From assembly GCA_951406725.2 (NCBI GenBank), contig OX597821.1, positions 39,246,001 through 39,310,000 of the forward strand: a stretch of DNA of 64,000 nt, written 5' to 3'. This stretch comes from Octopus vulgaris (lineage: Eukaryota). How positions within the stretch are numbered: the stretch's first letter is position 1; every line of letters begins with the position of its first letter. Made by a program: the position numbers and the translations under genes. The notes under the pieces are model-generated. The model had not been told where the DNA came from. It saw only the letters and a list, made by a program, of their open reading frames with translations, and searched no databases. Positions 38,050 through 51,203 of this stretch are shown piece by piece.

Positions 38050-40395
38050 TTGTTTTAGTGTTGTTATTTTGACTGTTTTGAAAGTGCTCTACATCAGGTC
38101 CATCCAGTACTATTTTATGTACGTTATGCATACATAAGTCCTGGTGTTTATCTGCATATTTTTTGCTCATACTCAAAGCATCTGCTATTATGGGGACTTT
38201 TCCTGTCTTCCAGTGCCACACTAGGTTATCTCTATTTTCAGATCTTTGTATTTCAATTGTTTCTCTATTTCTGCTAGAGATACACTCTCATCTATTGGAA
38301 TCTATATATCAATTAGGAGGTATATTTTTTCCTTCATGGATTTTGATAACAATATTTAGTTGATTAGTCTTGATTTCCCTATTTGTGTGTATTGGTACAT
38401 CCAAGAGTTTGGTTACTTTGTCATTTTCTGAGACCTTTTCTATTCTTCTTATTATTATTATTATCATTATTTTTATTATTATTACTATTGAGTGACAGAG
38501 TGTCTTTACATTGTGAGTTCAAATTCTGCCGAGGTTGATAAAATAAGAACCAGTTACGGACCGAGGTTGATGTAATCGACTCACTCCCCGACTCCCCTGA
38601 AATTGCAGGCCTTGTGAAACCATTATTATTATTGTTGTTTTTATTATTTATTCCTTTCACTTCTCCTGATATAGCTATGTCTATGTCATATTACAGTTCC
38701 ACCTCACAACTTACAAACACAACACTTTCCTCAGCACTTGAGCTGTTCTAAGTATTGCTGCCAACTATATACTCTTCCTATGCAGTTTGGTATTTGCAGC
38801 TTTTTGAAGTGCACCAGTCACAATATGTACTGCACTCACTTTTGCAGCTCTGTGGATTCTTTTCACTTCCACACTTAGGCCTTGCTACTTCCAAACTTCC
38901 TCATCCTCTGTCTTCACAATATTCTGGTCAGCAGGTAGAGCTATGTTACCAAAGGTCCATTCTTTGGACTCCTTCATTTGGAGAGTGATATCTGATTGAC
39001 TGAGTTTAAGATTTTTGCCAGTATATAGTGACATATTCCATGTGAGTTTCATCTTAAAATTCTTTGCAACAGCAAAGGTTGCTGCTCATATGACTTGTTG
39101 AATCATTCTATCCCATATTTCTTGTACAACTCCCAGTGTTTTCACTTTGCTACTTTTGTCATGGCGATTTTTGTACTCCTTTTGGGCTAATTTTGATGAT
39201 CTGCTAATTATGTGTCTAACTGTTTCACATGAATTTCCACATAATCTACACAAAGGTGACATTGCTGTTTTAACAATGCTATTCTAGACAGAGTTAGTTA
39301 GATGTTAATATTCTTATTTTGGTTTGGCTCAGGTTCAGTCTTATTCCTGGTAGGATTTATGTAGGTAGCAACCTTAGATATCCACAAGTTTTCAGCAGTG
39401 CTTCAAGCCCTCCTGATAATCCTTGATGTCCCTAAAAGCCAAGCTTTCTGTAGGAGCTCTACTGGGCATTCTATTCCAATCTCCTTCAGCCTTTTGTCTA
39501 TATCTTTGCTTATTGTTCCCCAAACACACTGATTATTGTAGGCATGATCTGTACTGCTTGTACGTTCCAAATTCTTCCTATTTCAAATTTTAAGGATTAT
39601 ACTTTTTATTTTTTATTTACAATCCTGGAATCAAATGGGCATGATGGGTCAATTGGTAAGCAACCTTGCTTTTCGTTATCTATAATCGTTAGGTCTGGTC
39701 CATTATTTTCCAACTTCTTGTCCATTTGAATAGGAAAGTCCCACAAAATCTTACAATTCTCTAACTCCAATTTTTTTTTGACTCGATTATTGTACCGTGT
39801 GTTTCCAGCTTCAAATCCCCAGTTCTGGTAGAGCCTCCAGTGTAAAAGTTTTACAACCGGGTCATGCCTCTATTTCTTATATTCTTTCTGTACCAATTTG
39901 GGACATTCTTCCACAGTGTGTGCCTCTGTCCTGTTCCAAGTTCCACAGGCTCTACATTTTTCTGATACATTCTCTCCCTATATACTTTTTCGCAAGTTTG
40001 TTTTCATCACTTGATGTCGGGCTGCTACAATTAGGCTCTCTGTTTCTGTTTTTTATTGCCCCTTTTTTTAACAAGGCCCAGGATTTTGCGCCACATGCAT
40101 CTTCTTCAGTGGCTCTCCAAAATTGAAAATGCAGAAGTTTCTCTTCGACCTGTCTGACGTGCTCTCTTTGTATTTCATTCTTGTCCTTTTTCCCCCATTA
40201 CACGCTTCATCACCTGTTCTTTATTCACTGTCTTTAGTAATTTTTCTGTTCTGCTTTGTAAATACTCTACTAGACTTTTACTTTCCACCTGTACACATTC
40301 TTCTACTGTTATTAAACCTCTTCCACCCTGGTCTCTCCTCAAGTACAGCCAGTTGAGATCAGCTTTCGGATGGTGGGCTTCAACTGTCATCAACA
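38050..40395 (-). mobile_element. Fragmented R4/Dong-like non-LTR element (restriction-like endonuclease type), probably more than one piece
   Basis: HHPKADLNWLYLRRDQGGRGL (~40320-40380), KILWDFPIQMDKKLENNGPDLTIID (~39680-39755) and CRLCGNSCETVRHIIS...AQKEYKNRHDK (~39155-39250). Confidence 0.75.
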
Positions 40396-40419
40396 ACTTG
40401 AAATTTGAGGTAGATTTGG

Positions 40420-42396
40420 CTGCTATATTTAAAGGTCATCTCACTGGTTTTATTAAATATGACTGATATTCTATGGGTGGGGTACAATCTAGGTTGGCTT
40501 TCCATACACACATATATGCTGCCATAAATAGTGGTACAAATTAAAATAATTTTCATGTGTACACAAACACACACACACACATCCATTCCTTCAATAACAG
40601 AAATTATCTCACAGATCTCAAAAAAATTCTGTAGTTATTTTGAAAACAATAAAATTGCTGGAATTTAAAACAGACCCATAATACACACAGTTTCTTTTAA
40701 AATTGTATTTTTTTCTAATGTGTTTCATTCTAGAGATAGGGTAGAGTCATCGTCGTCATCATCATCATTTAACGTCCGTTTTCCATGCTGGCATGGGTTG
40801 GATGGTTTGACTGATGTCTGGAGAGCCAGCGGCTGCACCAGGCTCCAATCTGATCTGGTAATGTTTCTACAGCTGAATGCACTTCCTAATGCCAACCACT
40901 CTGAGAATGTAGTGGGTCTTTTTATGTGCCACTGGCACAAGAGCCAGTCAGGTGGTCCTGGCATCAATCATGTTCAGATAGTGTTTTTTATGTGTCACGG
41001 ATATGGGAGCCTGTCAGGTGGGCCTGGCACTGATCCCGTTTGGATAGTGCTTTTTATGTGCCACTGGCACAAGAGCCAGTCAGAGGGCACTGGCATTGGC
41101 CATGCCTGAGTGGTACTTTTTACATGCCACCAGCATGGGAGCTAGTCAGGCGAGCCTGGCATCAATCATGTTCAGATAGTGCTTTTTACATGCCACTGGA
41201 ACGGGAGCCAGTCGGGGGGGCACAGGCATTGGCCACGTTTGAATGGTGCTTATTATGAGCCACTGGCATGGGAGCTAGTCAGGGAATACTGGCATCGACC
41301 ATGTTCAGATGGTGCTTTTTACATGTCACTGGCACGGGAGCCAATCAGGGGGCACTGGCCACAGCTACGATTTTGGTTTTACTTGACTTAACAGGTCTTC
41401 TCAAGCATATCATATCCCCTGACGCATCAAGGGTACTCTTAAATGGGCCAGACATGCAAAACTGGCATTGGCCATGGCTGTGATCTCACTTCTTTACCAA
41501 AGTTGCAGTCTTTGGAGAGAACATCTTTAAAAACTGTATTCTTTGTTATACACTTGTAACCTCTGAGTTATAGTTTACTATTTTTAGGATTACATCAGCA
41601 AATGAAAAACATTATTTGTAGAATGAACGTCAATGCACAATCTATCCATAATATTCTACAGACAAAGTTGTACTTTGTCAAGCTTAAAAAATTCTTAATT
41701 TGATTATTACTTCCTTATTGCTTTATCATAGAAAAGCAGGGACTTCAAACTTCAATCTCAATGAAATGGAGTATAGTACTCTCTGTGGATTCTCAAATAT
41801 AAATTCTGTATGTATGTTTGTGTGTGTGTGTATTTATGTATAAATATATATATGGTTGTGTGGTAAGTAGCTTGCTTACCAACCATATGGTTCCAGGTTC
41901 AGTCCCACTTTGTGGCATCTTAGGAAAGTGTCTTTTACTATAGCCTTGGGCTGACCAAAGCCTTCTGAGTGGATTTGGTGGACGGAAACTGAAATAAGCC
42001 TATCGTATACAAATATAAATGTGTGTGCATGTTAGTGTATTTGTTTGTGTGTCTGTATTTGTCCCCATAATATTGCTTGACAACTGATGCTGGTGTGTTT
42101 ACGTCCCCGTAAAACTTAGCGGTTCAGCAAAAGAGTCCGATAGAATAAGTACTAAGCTAACAAAAAATAAGTCCTGGGGTTGATTTGCTCAACTGAAGGT
42201 AGAGCTCCAGCATGGCCACATTCAAATGACTGAAATAATTAAAAGAATATGCAGTTTTAAATAAAAAAACTTCTATCCCGAAATGCTGAAAAACAGACTT
42301 TAGATTGTCTAACCACATACAGTATTTTCCACTATAAATACATAGCATGTTGAAACAAGGAAAATAAGCCAAAAGAAACTTTTTAAAATTTCGTTT

Positions 42397-42453
<57 letters not shown>

Positions 42454-44600
42454 CGAAATTTTTAAATATAGATAGATCGGTAGCCACTACACACATTTTT
42501 TTCCCTCCTTGTTTCCCTCCTTGTTTCCCTCCTTGTTTTTTCTGTGTCACTTTCTGTAGAAGAGCGTAGGCTCGAAATGTAAAAGACTTTTTCAATTCCT
42601 GAGTGTTATACTAATACATCTGTTTGTCTTGTACACCACATGTCTTCATCTTTTGTTTTCTTCATAGTAAACTCTCCCTATATATATATATATGTATAGG
42701 GCATCTAGTCATAGAAAGCAAGCCAAACAGACAATGGAGCCTGGTGCAGCTCTTCAGCTGTTCAGTTGCTGTCAAACCATCCAACCCATGCCAGCATGGA
42801 GAACAGATGGTAAATGATGATGATGATGATGATGACATATCGTTTAATTTAAACTATTTAATAGTAAATTGTGTTATGAATAATATAAACAGTGTATGTA
42901 AAATGTTGTAACTGTAATAGATTATATCCCTAATGTCAATCCATAGTTTATCAGTCACCTGTCTTATGAATAATATAAATGCTGTGTTTATTATAGATTA
43001 TCTTCAATTGCATCCTATACTTGACACTTGATATCTGTAGACTACAGCAGAATAACATTTATAGATGAACAATAAGCATTGAGTTTTGAGCTGTTAAACT
43101 CTCTCCACGGTACTTCCAACCAGAGTTATTTTTGTTAGAAATTAATTCTTTGCTTTTGCTAAATTTTTCTTGCTATCATTTCCTTTCCACCTCTTCAAAG
43201 TACACACTTCCTTTGAATCAGCGACAAATAAAAATACGACTCAATCAGACAACTTCCTAAACAATTATACTCATCATGATGGTGCTAAGGAAATCTGTTT
43301 GTTTTACAGTTTCCTGTTGGTCGGGTATAACCCTGCTGGAGCAATGTCATTACATAATGAAAATGTCTCTCTTTAGACAGGCCATCAGTCTATTAAAGGT
43401 GACATTTCCATAGAATCTAATGCCTCTCTTTGTCAACCAGACAAATCAACGGTTAGTTTATTGCAGAAAGATAAACATTCCCTGTAGGAGGAAGAGTTGA
43501 CAGGTGAACACACTACTTCACAGCTCATACAAGAATTTTTGGTTCATTGTGGACAGAATTTATATAGGCAGCAGGTAAGTAGATTCTCAACAAATAATTC
43601 ATGAAGTTGATAAATGCCATTCCCTAAGTGAAGGCATGTGAGTAGACAAGCTGATTTTCAAGAATAGATTTTTATTGGCTTAATAAATCTTTTCGCTTCT
43701 TCATGTGGAGTCAAACTCTATTTTATTTTTTAAACAAATCCAAAATTTTTCTTAATTTTAATATTTTTTCTAAAAGTTCTTGAAATCCTTCTAAAACTAT
43801 ATTTCATTTTTCTATATTATTATATTTTAACATAAGCAAATTTTTTCTCATTTCTGACACATTTTGAATTATTTCCAATTATGTTACATTTCATTTATAA
43901 AATACACTTGTTGGATTTTTGTCCTTACTTTCACAGATTTGACAACTCTGTTCTGTGGAGTTGTATATTTTATCTCTGAATGCCCTATCTTATATTCCCG
44001 GGTTCTTGGCATTAAATAATTGTCAGCATTGTTAGTTCAGATTCAAAATATCTGTAACTTCCTTTCGATTACATTTCCCTTATTGTTGTCATTGCCATCG
44101 TCGTCGTCATCATCATCATCATCATCATCACTGTCATCACCATCACCATCATTTAACATCCGTCTTCTGTGCCGGCACGAGTCAGTCAGTATTTAGATTT
44201 ATTTCACAAATGTTAGCAGAATACTTTCAAAACTAACAGAGCAGATGCACACAAGTTATTAGCAGAAGGTGTAATTATAAGAGTTTTGGCAGCTCGTTAA
44301 ATGTAGCACTAATAATATTTTTTATTGTGTCTAGTAGCCTAATGACTTTTTAGTTAATAAAATCTGCTACAATGCCTGGGAAAAGTATGAAACAAAAATC
44401 ACCAAATAAATTTGGTGACAGCCTCAATGAATTTGATTTCAGTATTCATCCGTGTAGTCTCTCCATAAAAATAATCCTGAAAATATTCTTGTCTTTTTGC
44501 TAAGTTCAAAAACCTATCACATATCTGTAAGTCACCTTCAATGTTACTTAAATTTCGATTTCCCATGCCAGGCTTGGTTGAACAAAGTTGTAGTAAAGTC
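40420..44600 (-). pseudogene. SLC9C-like relic unit (NHE TM5 through VSD to post-VSD helices)
   Basis: YGETTRMN (~44460), GIVADFIN*KV...IISATFNE (~44290-44380; cf. GPLWGYAVAKV...FLSHIFND), SLTPHEE (~43696-43716; cf. SISPEVE), CSPVNS...LSFCN...G*QREAL (~43420-43515), S1-like KSVFQHFGIEV (~42270-42300), S2-like EVIIKL (~41700), S3/S4-like FSFADVIL...LKMFSPK (~41510-41610), ISVIFNKTSE (~40440-40470; cf. IRTILNHSRE). Confidence 0.62.
40745..41490 (-). mobile_element. RTE 3' UTR fragment with ~7 diverged ~65-bp units
   Basis: Same (CAT)n end and 3' UTR core; repeated gtgctttttatgtgccactggcac units. Confidence 0.85.
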
Positions 44601-44790
44601 ATATTTTCATGAATAACTTTCCAACTTGTATGATCTGATTCAAATATTTGATTTTTAAGCCATTAACATTTAAACCAGCCATATCCTGCCCAAATATTCT
44701 ACCTGTTTTATTTTCAGATGAGTCAGTTCTTACACCTAATCTACAATGTCAATGTAAAAGTAAACATTGATATCTTGACACTACAAAATA

Positions 44791-45356
44791 TTGGGTTGTC
44801 CGGAAAGTTTGTGCCAATTTATAGTAGCTTATCTTTCGAGTTATTTTAGAACATGTTTGAGTTCATAAAATAGGATTTGACTACACCTCTATCTAGAACA
44901 CAGTTTAAGCTATCTTTTCGTGGAAGAAGGTTTATGTTCCTATAACCTGTGTTAATTCTGTAACTCTTTAAAATGGAAGATAAGAAAGTTTAATTTCGGT
45001 ACTTGATGCTTTGAGAACCAGACAAAAATTGCTGCAGCTCAGCTGGGATGTGTTACCCCACCCTCCATATTCACCAGATATTGCTCCTTCAGATTTTCAC
45101 TTATTCAGGTCTCTGCAGAATAGTCTTAATGGTAAAAATTTCAATTCCTTGGATGACGTAAAAAGATACCTTGATGAATTCTTTGCCATGAAACCACCTC
45201 AATTCTGGGAAGAGGGTATTTTCAAGTTCAAGGAAAGATGGAGACACATTGTGCAATAAAATGGTTCATATTTGGTTGATTAAAAATGTAATGGCAAGTA
45301 TTTATTGACCTTTTTCTTTCCTTTAAAAATTGGCACGAACTTTCCAGACGACCCAA
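44791..45356 (+). mobile_element. Internally deleted mariner element with both TIRs and TA target duplication
   Basis: TIRs ttgggttgtccggaaagtttgtgccaattt and aaattggcacgaactttccagacgacccaa are flanked by TA. The transposase start MEDKKV is fused to the C-terminal WDVLPHPPYSPDIAPSDFHLFRSLQNSL. Confidence 0.93.
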
Positions 45357-46104
45357 TAATACATAATTAATTCAAAACAATGCGAATGAATAAACCTTAC
45401 ATTTGGCAAAGATCTGAATGCAAAAAGGTCACTTTGGGCTGCTTGTGTGACTACCTTGAATCACCCTCACTTCAACTTGGGATAATTTGTACCTTTGTAT
45501 ATATCGTCAATATGTTTCCCATGTCATGGTTTATTTTGCAGGTGCGTAAATATTACAGAGTTTGCCCTTAATAGAAAGAGAAGATTACATTGCCACCAAC
45601 CAGAGATCAGAGTTTATAAAACCTCACGACATTCCATATTATGTGTGTTTTGAATTCCTCATTCAGTACAAATCATATCGTTTAAGTATTGCAATCAAAG
45701 CAAACCCTCGGACCATTTCCCGGTCTTTTAGCCTTAGACTGATCAGTCTGTCAGTTGCACTTCTGTATGTGTCAGATGTAAATTATTTTATCTTTGTCAG
45801 CTGAGGTCTGCCAACATAATATTGAATTCCTGCCCACACTTTTCCTACACACTGAGATGGACAGTTTTCTCTAGTGCTATTTACCATAGAGATCTCTCAC
45901 TGCTAATTACATTTTAGTCACATTCCTGTCTATTGATAATGTTTTACCGAAATCATGCAATGGTTCAGTGATTAGTATTCCCTGTCTTCTTCATAGTAAT
46001 ACATTCAACAGACAGCATCAGTGACTGTTATAGAGATTCTGTTCTGGGGTTCAAACCTTCTTCTGTAAAATTTGCCATTGGTTGTTACTTTTACGGCTGA
46101 CTCA

Positions 46105-46229
46105 GCATCACCACCAACATCATCATCACCGCCACCACCATCATCTTCATCATCATCATCACCATTATTATTATCATCATCACCACCATCACCATCACCA
46201 CCATCACCATCATCATCACCATCATCATC

Positions 46230-46261
<32 letters not shown>

Positions 46262-47106
46262 TGTCATTCCCATCACTATTATGTTGTATGACCCCGGCTC
46301 AGTTTTGCAATGATTTCCATGGTTGGATGCCCTTCCCGATGCCAACCCCTTTGCAGAGTGTAATGGATGTTTTTTTTTGTTTTTTTTTTTGCCCCAGCAT
46401 TAGTAGGTTCCCTTGTAACTGTCTGGACTAAAGAACCCCTCCCCTCCAAATGAAAGAAAAAATGAAGAAGAGCATGACACTTTTAAGTAAGGTGAGAATG
46501 GAGGGGACATTACAGACTGAAAGAGGAGTAGGGGTGACCCCAAATTATAACTAAACTGTTCTGATGGCCTTTATTTCTGGCTGTGTTTGATATTGAAGGA
46601 GAATTAAAATGTAGAAGTAGATACAAGAGAATCAAAAACAGTTAGAACTCTTTTAATGCTATGTGATGGTTAATAATAAAGAAAACATTTATTCATCATC
46701 ATCATCATCACCACCATATTCATCATCATCATCATTGTCACCACCATATTCATCATCATCATCATCACCACGATCACCATCATCATCATCATCACCACCA
46801 TCACCATTATCATCTTCACTTTCATCATCATCATCATCATCATCATCACCACCACTATCACCATCATCATTTTCACCTTCCTCATCATCATCACCACCAT
46901 CATCATCTTCACCTTCATCATCATCACCACCACTATCACCATCATCATCATCTTCATCATCATCACTACCACCATCACCATCATCATCTTCACCATCATC
47001 ATCATCATCATCACCATCATCATCTTCACAATCATCATCATCATCATCACCACCTCCATCATCATCATCATCATCACCATCATCATCACCTTCATCATCA
47101 TCATCA
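46105..47106. repeat. Two (CAT/CAC)n degenerate trinucleotide arrays (46105-46265 and 46692-47106)
   Basis: Direct inspection; these explain the poly-S/H/M ORFs. Confidence 0.95.
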
Positions 47107-47219
47107 ACTGCTTTAAATATTTACATAAGCTTTTAGGCTTCTTTAACCGATTCCTATTTTCTTAAATCAGGTCTTAACAAATAATAGAAGACATATGTTT
47201 AGTATAAAATAATTGCTAT

Positions 47220-47376
47220 AGGTGCAGGAGTGGCTTGCTTATTAACCACATGGTTCCGGGTTCAGTCCCACTGCGTAGCACCATGGGTAAGTGTCTTCTA
47301 CTATAGCCTCGGGCCAACCAAAGCCTTGTGAGTGGATTTGGTAGACGGAAACTGAAAGAAACCCATTGTATATATG

Positions 47377-47407
<31 letters not shown>

Positions 47408-47615
47408 ATACATTTGTGTGTCTGTGTTTGTCCCCCCAACCTCGCTTGACAACCAGTGCTGGTGTGTTTACATCCCCGTAACTTAGTGGTTCAGCAAAAG
47501 AGACCGATAGAATAAGTACTAGGCTTACAAAGAATAAGTTTTGGGGTCGATTTCTTCAACTAAAGGCGGTGATCCAGCATGGCCGCAGTCAAATAACTGA
47601 AACAAGTAAAAGAGA
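47220..47615 (+). mobile_element. tRNA-derived SINE family B with internal (TA)/(TG) microsatellite
   Basis: ggttccgggttcagtcccactgcg head and ccagcatggccgcagtcaaataactgaaacaagtaaaagag tail. Other copies: 41853-42250(+), 54660-55095(-), partial 29695-29855(-) and 52335-52480(+). Confidence 0.85.
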
Positions 47616-47914
47616 GTAAGAGTATAGAAATAATATATGGTTCTAAACGTGGTGAACTGGCAGAGACATGAGCTCACCAGGAAAAATGCTTATTGGTATT
47701 TTGTCTGTGTTTACGTTCTGAGTTCAAATTCCACCAAGGTTGATTTTGCCTTTCCTCCTTTTGGAGTTGATAAATTGAGTACCAGTTGTGTACTGAGGTC
47801 GATCTATTCGACTGGTTCCCTCCCCAAAAGTTTCGGGCCTTGTGCCTAGAGTAGAAAAGAATAATATATGGTCCTGATATGATGTTCTGGTAATCTAACG
47901 AGGTAGCTTTCTTT

Positions 47915-50312
47915 CATCATCATCATCATCATCATCATTTAGCGTCCGTTCTCCATGGTTGGACGGTTCAACTGGGGTCTGTGAAGCTGGAAGGCTTCAT
48001 CAGGCCCAGTCAGATCTGGCAGTGTTTCTACGGCTGGATGCCCTTCCTAACGCCAACCACTCCGTGAGTGTAGTGGGTGCTTTTTACGTGCCACCTGCAC
48101 AGGTGCCAGACAGAGCTGGCAAACGGCCACGAATGGATGGTGCTTTTACGTGTCACCAGCACGGGGCCAGGCGAGGCTGGCAACGGACACGAACGGATGG
48201 TGCTTTTACGTGCCACCAACACGGGGGCCAGACAGAGCTGGCAAACGGCCACGAAACGGATGGTGCTTTTACGTGTCACCGGCACGGGGGCCAAGCGAGG
48301 CTGGCAACGGGCACGAACGGATGGTGCTTTTACATGCCACCGACACGGGGGCCAGACAGGGCTGGCAAACAGCCACGAACGGATGGTGCTTTTACGTGTC
48401 ACCGGCATGGGGGCCAGGCGAGGCTGGCAACAGACACGAACGGATGGTGCTTTTACATGTCACCGACATGGGGGCCAGACAGGGCTGGCAAACGGCCACG
48501 AACGGATGGTGCTTTTACGTGTCACCGGCACGGGGGCCAGACAGAGCTGGCAAATGGCTACGAACGGATGGTGCTTTTACGTGTCACTGGCACGGGGGCC
48601 AGACAGAGCTGGCAAACGGCCACGAACGGATGGTGCTTTTACGTTTCACCGGCACGGGGGGCCAGACAGAGCTGGCAAACGGCCACAAACGGATGGTACT
48701 TTTACGTGTCACCGGCACGGGGGCCAGGCCAGGCTGGCAACGAACACGAACGGATGGTGCTTTTACGTGCCACCTACATGGGGGCCAGACAGGGCTGGCG
48801 AACGGCTACGAACGGATGGTACTTTTACGTGTCACCTGCACGGGGGCCCTGATGTTGATCGACCTCAATTTGGTTTGATCTTGATTTTGACTGTTCTCAC
48901 TGGTCTTGCCGGGTTTTCTCACGCACAGCATACCTCCAAAGGTCTCGGTCACTGGTCATTTCCTTGGTGAGACCTAAAGTTCGAAGGTCGTGCTTCACCG
49001 CCTCGACCCAGGTTTTCCTGGGTCTACCTCTTCCACAGGTCCCCTCAACTGCCAGGGTGTGGCACTTTCGCACACAACTATCTTCAGCCATTCTCATCAC
49101 ATGACCATACCAGCGCATACTTCTCTCTTGCACACAACAACTGATACTTCTTAGGTTCAACTTTTCTCTCAAGGTACTTACACTCTGTCGATTATGAACA
49201 CTGACGTTACACATCCATCGGAGCATACTAGCTTCATTTCTTGCGAGCTTACGCAAATCCTCAGCAGTCACAGCCCAAGTTTCACTACCATGTAGCATGG
49301 CTGTACGTACACATGCATCATACAGTCTGCCTTTTACTTTGAGCGAGAGGCCTTTTGTCACCAGCAGAGGTAAGAGCTCTCTAAACTTTGCCCAGGCTAT
49401 TCTTACTCTAGCAGTTATACTCTCAGCGCACCCGCCCCCGCTACTGACTCGGTCACCTAGGTAACGGAAACTATCAACTACTTCTAGCTTTTCTCCCTGG
49501 AAAGTGACGGAAGTTGGTCTCAGAGCATCTTCAGTGTTAATTGTTCCTGAGCATCTGCCACATACAAAAACCATCTTCCTAGTTAGCCTTCCTTTGACAT
49601 TGCTGCACCTCTTATGTGTCCATAGCTTACACTTGGTGCATCTTATAGAGTTTCTACCTACACCTTTTCTACAGATCGAGCAGGGCCATCTACCTGAAGG
49701 CGTTTGTGATTGGTCTACCTTCCTACTTATTAGGACTTTGGTTTTGGCTAGGTTGATTCTAAGGCCCTTCGATTCTAAACCTTGTTTCCATACCTGAAAC
49801 TTCTCCTCTAGTTCTGATAGAGACTCAGCAATTAGAGCAAGGTCATCAGCATAGAGGAGCTCCCAGGGGCATCCTGTCTTGAATTCCTCCGTTATTGCCT
49901 GGAGGACTATGATAAATAGGAGGGGACTGAGGACTGAACCTTGGTGGACCCCCAACCTCTACCCTGAATTCTTCACTGTACTCGGTGCCAACCCTCACCT
50001 TACTAGCAGCGTCTCTGTACATGGCTTGTACAGCTTTCACTAACCAATCATCTATCCCTAGTTTCCTCATTGACCACCAGATGAGGGATCGGGGGACCCT
50101 GTCGAAGGCTTTCTCCATATCAACAAAAGCCAGGTATAGGGGCTTGTCTTTGGCTAGGTATTTCTCTTGCAGCTGTCTTACCATGAAAATAGCATCAGTA
50201 GTACTTTTCCCTGGCACGAACCCAAACTGCATCTGATCTAGGCTAACTCTCTCTCTAATTAGTTGGGCTATAACCCTCTCCGTAACCTTCATTACCTGAT
50301 CCAGCAGCTTGA
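47915..50312 (-). mobile_element. RTE-clade non-LTR retrotransposon, 5'-truncated, young; RT C-terminal half plus 3' UTR with minisatellite and (GAT)n tail
   Basis: ORFs 49846-50337 and 48897-49955 carry RT motifs QFGFVPGKSTTDAIF, FVDMEKAFDRV, GVHQGSVLSPLLF, LLYADDL and FRYLG, plus a Cys-rich insert and RGRPRKTW. There is one frameshift near 49950. The (CAT)n tail is at ~47915-47938. Confidence 0.95.
48077..48850. repeat. GC-rich ~61-62 bp minisatellite, ~12.5 units, inside the RTE 3' UTR
   Basis: Recurrent gaacggatggtgcttttacgtgtcaccggcacgggggccag, with two unit variants. Confidence 0.95.
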
Positions 50313-51159
50313 TTTGCATTAATTTGTGAGCATACATATTGGTTTAAAATCTAGGCACAAGGCCAGCAATTTCGCTGCAGTGGATAAGTTGATTTCATCA
50401 ACCCCAGTGCTTAAATGGTACTTCTTTTATTGACCCTGATAGACTGAAAGGCAAAGGCAACCTTGGTGGAAGTTAAATTCAAAATGTAAAGACAGACAAA
50501 ATGTTGCTAATTATTTTGCCTGGCATGCTAACAATTTTTCTCTACTCTAGGTACAAGGCCTGAAAGTTTTGGGGAGGGGCTCAGTCGATTAGATCAACCC
50601 CAGTATGCAACTGGTACTCAATTTATCAATCCCAAAAGGACGAAAGGCAAAGTCGACGTTGGTGGAATTTGAACTCAGAATGTAAAGACAGACGGAATAC
50701 TGCTAACCATTTTGCCCAGCATGCTAACGTTTCTGCCAGGATGCTGCCTTTATGTTGCCAAGCATACGTGTTAATGCATACATGGACATATAATTTCTTC
50801 CATACTAAAATTAAAATTGCATAAAGAAGGTTGTGAAACAGCTATAACTCTATGAAAGGCATGGTTAGATAAATATCTATTCACCACTCATACATCTTGA
50901 TTTTATGATTTTAAATAGTTATTATTTGCAAAATACTTACCTTAAACTCTACAACACCTTACCTTTGAGCCATTGTGGATTGTTCTAGTTCACTTTTAGA
51001 GTGTGTACAGCTACAAGTTTCAAATACTATCACCCAACCAACACACCAAGAATTTATCCATAAATATTTTTTTTTAAATTGTAAAGTAGAACTGTGAAAA
51101 CATTTTCAAATGCACCAAATTAAAATAATAAACACATCTGGTTATATGTCAAGGCAACC

Positions 51160-51203
<44 letters not shown>

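Noticed and set aside
43201-43574. Plus-strand exon-like frame with a pyrimidine tract, a perfect CAG/GTAAGT donor and two in-frame TAGs (possible A-to-I stop recoding)
   Set aside because: It is the exact antisense register of the minus-strand SLC9C-like TM11-13 relic, the peptide has no recognisable homology, and no partner exons were found.
46072-47136. Poly-Ser/His/Met ORFs; likewise the YI, HT and YLSI repeat ORFs elsewhere
   Set aside because: Translations of microsatellites.
47959-48970. Long plus-strand ORFs of 242-297 aa (also 22516-23220)
   Set aside because: Produced by stop-poor GC-rich tandem repeats that are open in several frames.
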